Virus record (IMG/VR): IMGVR_UViG_3300033489_000018
Location: 1-45,407 of that record
Length of the DNA: 45,407 bases
Origin: a virus
Lineage: Duplodnaviria; Caudoviricetes
Direction: 5' to 3' (one strand)
Shown here: one piece after another, positions 1 through 8,624 of the stretch
Numbering within the stretch: position 1 is the first letter of the stretch
Layout of the letters: every line of letters starts with the position of its first letter
Made by a program: the position numbers and the translations under genes
Notes under the pieces: model-generated
What the model was told of the DNA's origin: nothing
The model's database searches: none
What the model saw: only the letters and a program-made list of their open reading frames with translations

Positions 1-59
1 ATTACCTCAACGGCAAGCTCAACGACATCGATGGGGTCGCGGCAGTGCGCTGGTGGTAC
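1..59. repeat. Terminal direct repeat (circular assembly overlap), identical to 45349-45407
   Basis: Exact 59-nt match to the window end, including the variant ggggtcgcggcagtgcgc that no other repeat unit carries. Confidence 0.95.
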
Positions 60-290
60 GCCACCGGCCAGCTTCAGCGCGAGGAGCATTACAACGCCGG
101 CCAGCTGGCCGACATCGATGGTGTCGCGGCTAAGCGCTGGTGGTACCCCACCGGCCAGCCGCAGCGCGAGGAGCATTACCTCAACGGCAAGCTCAACGAC
201 ATCGATGGTGTCGCGGCTAAGCGCTGGTGGCACGCCACCGGCCAGCTTCAGCGCGAGGAGCATTACCTCAACGGCAAGCCAAAAAATTGA
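1..290 (+). CDS. 3' part of MORN/YwqK-like 29-aa repeat protein B (continues from 44865/45048 across the origin)
   Basis: In-frame continuation through the 59-nt overlap; repeats WWYxTGQxQREEHYLNGKLNDIDGVAAKR; TGA at 288-290. Confidence 0.9.
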   Translation, partial: YLNGKLNDIDGVAAVRWWYATGQLQREEHYNAGQLADIDGVAAKRWWYPTGQPQREEHYLNGKLNDIDGVAAKRWWHATGQLQREEHYLNGKPKN

Positions 291-295
291 TAACT

Positions 296-1870
296 ATGGA
301 GCTGCGAAAATACCAACAAGAGGCGGTGGACGCCGTACTCAACGAATTCGAAAAGGTGCGTAAAACCATCGTAATAATGGCGACTGGACTTGGCAAGACG
401 CAAATCTTCAGCGAGATTGCGCGCAGAACCAAGGGTAACATCTTGGTCCTCGCGCATCGCACCGAGTTGGTGAAACAGGCCCGGGACAGATTGACTGCGA
501 TAACTGGTGAGTGGATAGACGTAGAGCAGGCCTATCAGCGATCATACAGCGCGCGAATCGTTGTGGCCAGTGTGCAGACTTTGCAGCGTCAGGCTAGGCT
601 AGACAATTTTGCGGCCGATCATTTTTCGCTTGTGGTTTTCGACGAAGTTCATCATGCGGTGGCCAAGACATACCGCCGCCCGATTGATTATTTCTCCACT
701 GCTAAGGTTCTAGGGCTTACCGCTACCGCTGACCGGTTTGACGGGAAGGGGCTCGGTACGATATTCGAGTCGGTTGCGTATCGCATGGATATACTGGAGG
801 GGATAAACCAACAATGGCTAGTTCCCATCGTCGGCAAGTTAGTTCAGGTAGATAGTATTGATCTATCCACCATCAACAAGGTTGGGGCAGATCTCAACCA
901 AGGAATGCTGGACGTAGCCACGGTGAAGGCGGTAGAGGGGGTGGTACAGGGTATCCTAGAGCACGGCGAGGGGCGGCAAGGAATAGTCTTTTTCCCTGGC
1001 GTGACATCCGCAGAGCTGGCTTGTGCGCGCATGAGGTTCCTGAATCCATCGTATCGCTCCGAGTTTCTCTGTGCTACGACCGGTGAGACCGAGCGCGAGC
1101 TGATCGTTAGGGATTTTAAGGCCGGTAAGATCCGCTACTTATTCAACTGCATGATCGCCACCGAGGGGTTTGACGCTCCGCCGGTATCTCTGATCGCTTG
1201 CGCTAGGCCCACACTATCACGCGGCTTGTACACCCAAATGATAGGCAGAGGACTACGACGGTACGAAGGAAAATCGGATTGCTTGGTATTGGATTTTTGC
1301 GGCAATAGCGGCAAGTATTCCCTAATGTCGCCTATCGATGTACTGGGCAGCAGCTACACGTCAGAGGAGCGGGAACGGGCTAAGAAGCTCGCAAAAGAAA
1401 AACCTACGGCCGATCAGATAGCGCTACTGAACCAAGCGCGTGCGGAGCTGATGAAGGCCGCCGAGATGGAACGGGCTAGAGTAGCAGCACGAGTGCAGAA
1501 GTTCGATCCATTTGCCATACTCGATATTGCTGACGCTCCCAAACACGTATTGGGATATGGACACAAAAGCATGACGGCCGGGCAGCGGATGGCATTATCT
1601 AACATGGGTATTCCTGACAAGGTGTTGGCAGACTATGGATTCAAGGAAGCTTCCGTACTCATTGACAGGTTGATAGATAGACGCCACAAAGGGCTGGCGT
1701 CATATAAGCAACTGAAACAGATAAAGGCACGGCTTGGTATCAGTGTACCGAACATTACTAAGCAGTCGGCGAGCACTATCATGGATCGGCTTGCAAAAGC
1801 ACAGTGGCAACCCCGGCTTCTTTCACCGGATGATCGCAGTAAAATATCGGCGCTAGTGAAAGGACAATAA
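296..1870 (+). CDS. SF2 DEAD/DEAH-box helicase (ResIII + helicase C-terminal domain)
   Basis: LRKYQ Q-motif, ATGLGKT, DEVHH, TAT, EGFD, QMIGRGLR; start moved to ATG 296. Confidence 0.92.
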   Translation: MELRKYQQEAVDAVLNEFEKVRKTIVIMATGLGKTQIFSEIARRTKGNILVLAHRTELVKQARDRLTAITGEWIDVEQAYQRSYSARIVVASVQTLQRQARLDNFAADHFSLVVFDEVHHAVAKTYRRPIDYFSTAKVLGLTATADRFDGKGLGTIFESVAYRMDILEGINQQWLVPIVGKLVQVDSIDLSTINKVGADLNQGMLDVATVKAVEGVVQGILEHGEGRQGIVFFPGVTSAELACARMRFLNPSYRSEFLCATTGETERELIVRDFKAGKIRYLFNCMIATEGFDAPPVSLIACARPTLSRGLYTQMIGRGLRRYEGKSDCLVLDFCGNSGKYSLMSPIDVLGSSYTSEERERAKKLAKEKPTADQIALLNQARAELMKAAEMERARVAARVQKFDPFAILDIADAPKHVLGYGHKSMTAGQRMALSNMGIPDKVLADYGFKEASVLIDRLIDRRHKGLASYKQLKQIKARLGISVPNITKQSASTIMDRLAKAQWQPRLLSPDDRSKISALVKGQ

Positions 1871-1872
1871 AG

Positions 1873-2187
1873 ATGTGGGTATTACAGGACGAATACGCGC
1901 GCTGCGAATACCACGTTGCTTTGGATCTGAAATCCGACCTGTACCTATGGTTCGTAAATGCAGTGGCAAGTCATGTCGATTCGTATCCGGCAGAACCGGA
2001 AATCACCGACCACGACTTGCAATCGGCCGAGCGTATGAACGAGATAATAGAAAGACTGAAGTACAAAATAGCGCAAATGATTATCGGGCGCAATCCCGAT
2101 TCTCAAGGCTGTGACTCGCAAGCAGTCTTTGGCCTTGTGCAATGTGTCTTGGACAGCTTGCCTAACCTAAAATGTCATATCAAATGA
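1873..2187 (+). CDS. hypothetical protein
   Basis: ORF directly after the helicase stop, preceded by aagga. Confidence 0.65.
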   Translation: MWVLQDEYARCEYHVALDLKSDLYLWFVNAVASHVDSYPAEPEITDHDLQSAERMNEIIERLKYKIAQMIIGRNPDSQGCDSQAVFGLVQCVLDSLPNLKCHIK

Positions 2188-2196
2188 AAGGATTAT

Positions 2197-2400
2197 ATGC
2201 CAAAGAAAAAATCAATATGGTTGGTAACATTCCGAGAAGACGGCCAAATCGTGTCGCAATCGCAAACCAAGGGAGAGGCATTTCGCATCGCACGCGCGAA
2301 AGCGAGAGAACTCTATGATATGGCGGGCGAGCTGTGCGACGCGTGCAAACGCGAGCTGAAGTCCGATGACGACACGCCCGACCAGGAGACCACTGTCTAG
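2197..2400 (+). CDS. hypothetical protein
   Basis: aagga SD and ATG; packs into the operon. Confidence 0.65.
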   Translation: MPKKKSIWLVTFREDGQIVSQSQTKGEAFRIARAKARELYDMAGELCDACKRELKSDDDTPDQETTV

Positions 2401-2757
2401 ATGGACACTGTCATCGATAGGATTGTTCGCGCCATACGGTGTCACCGCTATATCTTCTCAACTGAGATGGAATTGCAAGCGGGAATCGAGCGGGCATTAA
2501 TGGATGAGGGGATTGTGGCAGAGCGCGAGGTACTCCTATCGCCGACAGACCGAATAGATTTCATGGTCGGCCGAGTCGGCATTGAGGTAAAGATTGGCGG
2601 CACCTATAGCGCTCTCGTTCGCCAGATCCAGAGATACGCGCACGTCGGCCAACTATGCGCGATTGTTGTTGTGACAACCAAGTCGCGCTTGCGGGCACTC
2701 CCGGCAGAGATCGCCAGCGTGCCCGTTTACACGATTCATCTAAACAGCGGCTTATGA
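2401..2757 (+). CDS. PD-(D/E)XK superfamily nuclease-like protein
   Basis: ExELQ helix, EREV, RIDF, IEVK motifs and a QxxRY motif. Confidence 0.7.
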   Translation: MDTVIDRIVRAIRCHRYIFSTEMELQAGIERALMDEGIVAEREVLLSPTDRIDFMVGRVGIEVKIGGTYSALVRQIQRYAHVGQLCAIVVVTTKSRLRALPAEIASVPVYTIHLNSGL

Positions 2758-4559
2758 TACGTGCAGAGAAAGCGCTTACTGTGGTGCCCGACACTCGTAA
2801 AACATACGGACATGCGACGCTTGTCGAAGAGGCGAACGGTCAGTACGTGCCGTTCACCTATGGGCAACGTCCGGCTTGGTGGAAGATTGAAGCTGAGCCG
2901 CAAGTGATGATTAAGTTGAAGCGGCTTTTTGGTCGCACGGATGTGCGGCAATTCGGGAGCATACGCTTGAGAGCCACGGACGAAGTGTGCCGTGATCTGC
3001 AGTGGTTTTGCGAGCGCTATCCGCTCGGCATAACACCTCGGGACCATCTCGATAAGCACGCGGCATTATACGAGCAGCAAAAAAAAGCCTTTTCCGAGAT
3101 TCTTTCTGGCGAGATTAGTCCACGCAAATTTGATCTCGCCATACCAGCGCGGGAATACCAAAAGGTGGCATCGGAGTTATGGCTACAGTCAAAGGGCGTG
3201 CTAGTCGCCGACGACGTTGGTATCGGTAAGACATTGGTCGCCATCGCCGCACTCACCCAACCAGAGACACGCCCAGCGCTCGTCGTTACGCTCTCGCATC
3301 TCCCTATTCAATGGGAGAGGGAGATTAAGAAGTTCGCGCCGGGACTAAAAACGCACATAATAAAAAAAGGTGCTCCCTACGATGTAACGCTTGTGCGCGG
3401 ACATAAAACGGATACGGGGCAAGGGAGGCTCTTCGCGGACAGATTCCCCGACGTGCTAATTACCAACTATCACAAGCTGGCTGGATGGGCCGAAACGCTC
3501 GGAGGAAAGATCCGAGGCGTTGTGTTCGATGAGTGCCAGGAGTTGCGGCGAGTTGAAAGCCAGAAGTACGCGGCGGCTAAACACATCGCTGAACATGCGG
3601 GATATGTACTCGGCACGTCGGCGACTCCAATCTATAACTACGGTGATGAGATGTTCAACGTCCTATCGGTGATTCGCCGAGATGTTTTAGGGACGCGTGA
3701 GGAGTTCCTTCGGGAGTGGTGTACGGGGGCGGGATGGTCGGGGAACGCAAAGATCACGAACCCAAAGGCATTCGGTTCCTATCTGCGCGACATGGGCGTC
3801 ATGATTCGTCGAACCAGGCGGGACGTCAACAGAGAGTTGCCACCGTTGACGAAGATACTGCATTACGTGGAAACCGATGTGCACGCGATCGACGCTATCG
3901 CAAGTGACGCCGCGGAGCTGGCGCGTATTATCCTATCACACAATTCGCCCACGTTGATTCGCGGTCAAGCATCGCGAGACCTGGACTGGAAGCTGCGGCA
4001 AGCGACCGGAATTGGCAAAGCATTGTACGTCGCCAATTTCGTTAAGATGCTAGTCGATAGCGGCGAGAAAGTTGTTCTATTCGGCTGGCATCGAGAGGTT
4101 TACTCGATTTGGGCCGAGCAACTGGCAGAGTACAAGCCTGTGTTTTTCACGGGGACAGAAAGCCCGAAGCAGAAGGATTCCGCGCGGGAGGCGTTCTGTG
4201 GCGGCGATGCCAGTATCCTAATCATGTCGCTTCGCGCCGGTGCCGGGCTTGACGGTTTGCAATACCACGCTAGGACCGTGGTGGTCGGCGAGCTTGATTG
4301 GTCGCCGGGAGTCCACGAGCAAAACGAAGGACGGATACTCCGCGATGGCCAGGTCGAACCAGTAGTCATCTATTATATGCTGAGCGAGGAAGGGAGCGAC
4401 CCTGTTGTCGCCGATACCCTCGGGCTGAAGCGCTCGCAGATCGACGGCATCCGAGATCCGAACGCTGAGCTTGTAGAGAAGCTAGAAGTGGACAGCGGTA
4501 GGATCAAACAGCTTGCCGCAGCCTATTTGAAACAACGAGGATTAGAACATGATAATTAA
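2754..4559 (+). CDS. SNF2-family helicase/ATPase
   Basis: ADDVGIGKT, DECQ, SATP, RRTR, GLDGLQ, QNEGRILRDGQ; ATGA overlap with the upstream gene. Confidence 0.92.
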   Translation: MIRAEKALTVVPDTRKTYGHATLVEEANGQYVPFTYGQRPAWWKIEAEPQVMIKLKRLFGRTDVRQFGSIRLRATDEVCRDLQWFCERYPLGITPRDHLDKHAALYEQQKKAFSEILSGEISPRKFDLAIPAREYQKVASELWLQSKGVLVADDVGIGKTLVAIAALTQPETRPALVVTLSHLPIQWEREIKKFAPGLKTHIIKKGAPYDVTLVRGHKTDTGQGRLFADRFPDVLITNYHKLAGWAETLGGKIRGVVFDECQELRRVESQKYAAAKHIAEHAGYVLGTSATPIYNYGDEMFNVLSVIRRDVLGTREEFLREWCTGAGWSGNAKITNPKAFGSYLRDMGVMIRRTRRDVNRELPPLTKILHYVETDVHAIDAIASDAAELARIILSHNSPTLIRGQASRDLDWKLRQATGIGKALYVANFVKMLVDSGEKVVLFGWHREVYSIWAEQLAEYKPVFFTGTESPKQKDSAREAFCGGDASILIMSLRAGAGLDGLQYHARTVVVGELDWSPGVHEQNEGRILRDGQVEPVVIYYMLSEEGSDPVVADTLGLKRSQIDGIRDPNAELVEKLEVDSGRIKQLAAAYLKQRGLEHDN

Positions 4560-4617
4560 ACCGGTCAGACTTCAGCTCTCGCGCAAGAAGGGCTTCCGTT
4601 TGGTATCGCCTAGATGA
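4549..4617 (+). pseudogene. Truncated N-terminal stub resembling DUF4326-family phage proteins
   Basis: gagga SD, then MIIKPVRLQLSRKKGFRLVSPR*; resembles the PxRxQxxRxKG start of that family from memory. Confidence 0.45.
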
Positions 4618-4635
4618 TTAAGAAAGGATTTAGAC

Positions 4636-4851
4636 ATGAAATACGTAAGTATAGAAATCAGCGATGACCCTATATTCTGTTTTGATAGCACTAAAAAGTT
4701 GTGCCGATTCGTAGGCACCAGCGACTATGGTACTAAGTGGTGGTGTCTGCTTGGAGAACAAGTTGAGCTGTTCTCTGATGTAGAAGGAAAAAAAGGTAAG
4801 CTGATGAAATGTCAGCGGTGTTTGGATGAGTTCTGGTTTAGTCAGGGTTAA
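4636..4851 (+). CDS. small Cys-rich protein (paralog of 31621-31836)
   Basis: aagga SD; IEISDDP..C..C..CLL..CxxCL. Confidence 0.75.
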   Translation: MKYVSIEISDDPIFCFDSTKKLCRFVGTSDYGTKWWCLLGEQVELFSDVEGKKGKLMKCQRCLDEFWFSQG

Positions 4852-4861
4852 AACGGGTTTG

Positions 4862-5164
4862 CTACCCAACCAGCAACCAGATCATGGCTAAAAAACCACT
4901 TGCTGTAACGGTGGCTACAGCGGCCAACTGCTTGTGTAGTAGTCGCAAATCCGAATTGGTCGTCTCTACGATCCCCGATAACATCGCGCGATTTATTTCA
5001 ATCGCATTGATGATCAATACTCGGTTTTTTTCTCCGGCTTCTACCACGTCTATTTTTAACTCAGTTTGAGCCTGTCGCAGCGTTGCGACCTCTCTCTTGA
5101 TCACCGAAATTTTTTTCTCGTGGTCTTCTATGATCGGTCGGACCTCGAATAGAGAATCGGTCAT
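4862..5164 (-). CDS. coiled-coil protein with C-terminal transmembrane helix (lysis-associated candidate)
   Basis: Hydrophobic C-terminus; ATGA coupling to the upstream ORF. Confidence 0.65.
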   Translation of the reverse strand: MTDSLFEVRPIIEDHEKKISVIKREVATLRQAQTELKIDVVEAGEKNRVLIINAIEINRAMLSGIVETTNSDLRLLHKQLAAVATVTASGFLAMIWLLVG

Positions 5165-5334
5165 TTTTCTACCTCGGTACGCATCGCCTTCCACTTACCT
5201 GAATCCTCTTTAGTAATCTGTATTTTTTTGAGCTTACTTACGCGATCAACCGCGGCATCTAGCTTCTTGTTTCTGGATATCGCCTTGATCAGGCTTGGTA
5301 TCCAACTGACTAACGAAGATAGAAAATTCCACAT
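5161..5334 (-). CDS. 57-aa basic protein with amphipathic N-terminus (absent from ORF track)
   Basis: MWNFLSSLVSWIPSLIKAISRNKKL...RTEVEK*; aaggag SD; ATGA overlap with the next gene. Confidence 0.65.
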   Translation of the reverse strand: MWNFLSSLVSWIPSLIKAISRNKKLDAAVDRVSKLKKIQITKEDSGKWKAMRTEVEK

Positions 5335-5337
5335 GTT

Positions 5338-5616
5338 TTACTCCTTTTTCAGCGCATCGATCACAGGATCGCTAAGTTCTTTGTAGCGCAGAAAGACCTC
5401 TTCTAGATCGCTGCAAACCTCGATAAGCTTGCCTAGAATCACCTCGTCCTTGATCTCTTGGGTTCCCATCGCGCATAGCAGCCGGGTCGAGTCCGAAGCT
5501 CGCTGTACCGTCTCATGGGCGTCAGCAAAGGCGTTCATCGCGTCGGCGACCTTATCGGTAGTGCCCGCACAACTCAACGCCAGCATCCCGAAAATCATCA
5601 AATATACTGTTTTCAT
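5338..5616 (-). CDS. putative lipoprotein (spanin-like candidate)
   Basis: Signal peptide MKTVYLMIFGMLALS-C with a relaxed lipobox. Confidence 0.6.
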   Translation of the reverse strand: MKTVYLMIFGMLALSCAGTTDKVADAMNAFADAHETVQRASDSTRLLCAMGTQEIKDEVILGKLIEVCSDLEEVFLRYKELSDPVIDALKKE

Positions 5617-5623
5617 ATCGCCT

Positions 5624-6058
5624 CTATTCTTTGCAGTCTAGATTGTAGCATGTTCCCCTCGGCGGGTTTTCGCTAAGCCTTGAGATGTTTAGCTTCAATA
5701 AGCGAGCAAAGTTCTCTGATCGCTCTTCCGGGTTTTTGATTTTGCCGGTAAGTTGCCGCGCCTCTTCGGTTGCGACATGCATCCTGGTAATGGCCGTAAA
5801 ATCGGCAAGCGTGCGCTTTATTTCCGCGACCGATTCCTTACAGACCACCATATCTCTATCAATCGTACTTGTCTTTTCAGCTTGAGCGGCTTCGTGCTTT
5901 GCAAACTGATCCACAGATACGCCGTTGACGATAGACGCGCAAGTAGGAACCCCACCGGCCAGCGTGAACGCGGCTACTAAAGCAGCCAACCATTTTAGCG
6001 GGAACTTTGCCGTGACGCTCTGTTCCGTAATATCCACGGTGGGGTTTTCTCTATTCAC
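5624..6058 (-). CDS. membrane-anchored coiled-coil protein
   Basis: N-terminal hydrophobic helix followed by a helical region. Confidence 0.65.
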   Translation of the reverse strand: MNRENPTVDITEQSVTAKFPLKWLAALVAAFTLAGGVPTCASIVNGVSVDQFAKHEAAQAEKTSTIDRDMVVCKESVAEIKRTLADFTAITRMHVATEEARQLTGKIKNPEERSENFARLLKLNISRLSENPPRGTCYNLDCKE

Positions 6059-6561
6059 TATACAACCTGATTATGATCCCCGATCCAGATCGACGTTGCA
6101 TCTATATCCTCTGCCAAAAACAGCCCCAGTGAGAACGGCGCTGAGGGCGCACCCCCCACGGCCATTAGGGTAGGAGCCAGCACGGCCATTTCCATTTGGC
6201 AGGTAGTCAAGCAAATTTCGGTGGTGAACGTGATCACTCCATTTAGCAACTGAGGCTCGCCGTATTGGTCCAACCCGACCGTATCGCATTTCCAGCAACC
6301 CCAGTCAGCCGGGTTCACTGCTACGGTTTGGTTCAAGGTTTCTCCCCCGGGGATGGTATCCAAAATTGCCTGCTCGGCACCAACGAGAGTTTGACCCGTA
6401 ACGGGCTCCCGGTATAACACGGCCAGGGTTGAGAACCTGCGACCAACTAGTTTGTAGGCGACGTAGTACCCATAAATCTGTGGGGTGACATGGTGAGCGC
6501 CCGGAAACACGGGAACGCTATTGACGTACTCGATACTCTTAATCATGTATGCGTATGACAT
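6058..6561 (-). CDS. hypothetical protein (paralog of 6539-7054)
   Basis: Shared MSYxY, PxFPGA, TLAV, LVGA, NPAxWxxWKCDT motifs. Confidence 0.8.
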   Translation of the reverse strand: MSYAYMIKSIEYVNSVPVFPGAHHVTPQIYGYYVAYKLVGRRFSTLAVLYREPVTGQTLVGAEQAILDTIPGGETLNQTVAVNPADWGCWKCDTVGLDQYGEPQLLNGVITFTTEICLTTCQMEMAVLAPTLMAVGGAPSAPFSLGLFLAEDIDATSIWIGDHNQVV

Positions 6562-7054
6562 TATTTTCCTTTGTTTTTACCGGCTCGGTCGCCTTTATTT
6601 TATCCCCTAGCCATACCGTGGTCTTCTCGATCTCGGTAGGGTCAAATTTACCCAGCCCATGGGATGCCGTGGGAGTACAGCCAATAACGATATTATCAGC
6701 GTCTACGGTGATGGGTTTACTTTTACTAACATCGGCCTTAATCTTATTGGTCTTCAGCAAAATGTTTGATCTATCGGTATCACACTTCCAAGTGTGCCAA
6801 TTCGCGGGATTAGCTGCAACCACCGCTTGAAGTGCCTCTCCCGGCAAAGCATCTAGCACCGGTTTTTTAGCGCCGACTAGATAACGTCCTGACGGGTCCT
6901 TATATATCACGGCTAGCGTCGTGCCCCTCCGATTTACGAATGGGCCGCGTGCTACAAAATACCCATTCCCTTCGTCTGATACTCGGCGCGCGCCGGGGAA
7001 GTTGGGTTTCCCTGCTGTCTCGGTTAGGGTAACAATTTTATATTCGTAACTCAT
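6539..7054 (-). CDS. hypothetical protein (paralog of 6058-6561)
   Basis: Start MSYEY at 7054, ATGA-coupled to the upstream gene; shared motifs. Confidence 0.8.
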   Translation of the reverse strand: MSYEYKIVTLTETAGKPNFPGARRVSDEGNGYFVARGPFVNRRGTTLAVIYKDPSGRYLVGAKKPVLDALPGEALQAVVAANPANWHTWKCDTDRSNILLKTNKIKADVSKSKPITVDADNIVIGCTPTASHGLGKFDPTEIEKTTVWLGDKIKATEPVKTKENNVIRIHD

Positions 7055-8262
7055 AGAGGCTCCCACATGGACATGAGTCCGTTGCAATGACTCCCTATAG
7101 CATCAGTCATGCCCGTATAGATATTCCCGTCCGCAACAGCAAAAGCCGTACCCGTTTGGGTTGCGTTGCCCGTCGTGAATCCCGACGTGGTGACTACGCA
7201 GTTAGCACCGTTGTTGTAGCGCACCGAGATCGAGCATGTTTGTTGAGCGCTCCACGTATGCGCTACGGCCGAAGTAAACAGGTTCCCGGACACGGATCCA
7301 TCAATATAGATCTTACCGTTTGAGGCGAGTTTAACAGCAATGGTCTCGGCCGTCGTGTCAAAACAGTCGATCACCTTGTCAGTACCCTCGGCCGCGAGTT
7401 GCACCGAGTCGTACATGAAAATGAGATCCTTTTTATACCCCGTATTACGTAGCCAACTCGGTACATCGGCGGCGGCTAGAAAGGCTTCATCGGCCGATCG
7501 TGTAACAGGAGTGGCCACAGCTTTTATATAGCTAGTTGGATAGTGAGAGGCTACGACATTCATTCCCCAGAGATACAATCCGTAGCCGGTTATGCCTTGA
7601 TAGCTAGGGACACCGCCGTTTAAGATCTGAATCATAAACGTCCCTGTACCATTATCTTCTGACACCTTAGACGCGTACCAATAACAATAACCGCCTCCCA
7701 CGTCGCGTATTCCATACGACGCGGCAACTCCACCGGCAAGAGTAGCAGTCATGGCAACAATATCGAAATCTACATATGCCGTATTAAAACATCCGGCAAA
7801 AGTGACGCGGACTTGGCTACGCTCGTCTATCTTACCAAATCCACTGATTGCGTAACTGCTGCCCAATAATAAGCCATCTATATTACGCCATCTAATATGC
7901 GTATTGTCAACAGCATTCTCTATCAACTTATCGGCAGTAGCACCACCTAATGGGTCCGCCCCCGTGTCGCTGCTAACGTCTAGATTGGATGCGTTATCTA
8001 GCCCTAACAGCATATTTTCCGAGTACGCGTTCAGCGTTCCTTTCGCGCCTTCAATTTGCACGTACGTTTTCCCGCCGATCACCCGAATCGCCGGTATGTT
8101 GGCCGCGAACGGCCCGGTCATTGAACCGCCGTACTCGATATAGCGCTCTGAGGCGTTAGCAAAAGACAACCGACTAATAGGCACGGCTTCCCTGTCTCCC
8201 GCTAGACTTATTGAAACCGTGCTGCCTAAACGTCTACCCATACTTACCCCCATGCTAGTCAT
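7051..8262 (-). CDS. virion spike/fibre-like protein with carbohydrate-binding-like domains
   Basis: IEG..TLNAYSE, PTSYIK..PVTRSAD pattern typical of phage head-spike/LamG-like proteins. Confidence 0.6.
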   Translation of the reverse strand: MTSMGVSMGRRLGSTVSISLAGDREAVPISRLSFANASERYIEYGGSMTGPFAANIPAIRVIGGKTYVQIEGAKGTLNAYSENMLLGLDNASNLDVSSDTGADPLGGATADKLIENAVDNTHIRWRNIDGLLLGSSYAISGFGKIDERSQVRVTFAGCFNTAYVDFDIVAMTATLAGGVAASYGIRDVGGGYCYWYASKVSEDNGTGTFMIQILNGGVPSYQGITGYGLYLWGMNVVASHYPTSYIKAVATPVTRSADEAFLAAADVPSWLRNTGYKKDLIFMYDSVQLAAEGTDKVIDCFDTTAETIAVKLASNGKIYIDGSVSGNLFTSAVAHTWSAQQTCSISVRYNNGANCVVTTSGFTTGNATQTGTAFAVADGNIYTGMTDAIGSHCNGLMSMWEPL

Positions 8263-8617
8263 GTGCCGATATCCATGCGTACAATACGCCCGTGCCGCTT
8301 GTATGCGTATACGCTAGCCGGATGAACCCCACGCCAACGTCGCTGAGACCAATGTAAATGGTTCCCGCTACGCCTGCCGGATCGGTAAAAAGCGTGTATT
8401 CTGACGTCGCGTCGTACCATACCGCGCTGGCATAGTCGGGATGGTTTGCCCGTGCCCTTAGATCGTTAGATATCCAAACCTTAATTACTCCAACAATAGC
8501 CCCATAACTAATCACGAAGGATACGTTGGGGCAGTTGTCTTCCAATAGACAAATGGATTTGCCAGCGTTTGTTGCCGCAGCGGCGAGATTGATAACCCTA
8601 TCATTTATGTAGCTCAT
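8255..8617 (-). CDS. small beta-rich virion protein
   Basis: Position in the structural operon; ISND..WYD..FIRLAYT..GTG pattern. Confidence 0.6.
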   Translation of the reverse strand: MSYINDRVINLAAAATNAGKSICLLEDNCPNVSFVISYGAIVGVIKVWISNDLRARANHPDYASAVWYDATSEYTLFTDPAGVAGTIYIGLSDVGVGFIRLAYTHTSGTGVLYAWISAHD

Positions 8618-8624
8618 TATTCCC

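Noticed and set aside
227-295. Longer helicase start at 227
   Set aside because: Overlaps repeat gene B; the Q-motif begins right after ATG 296
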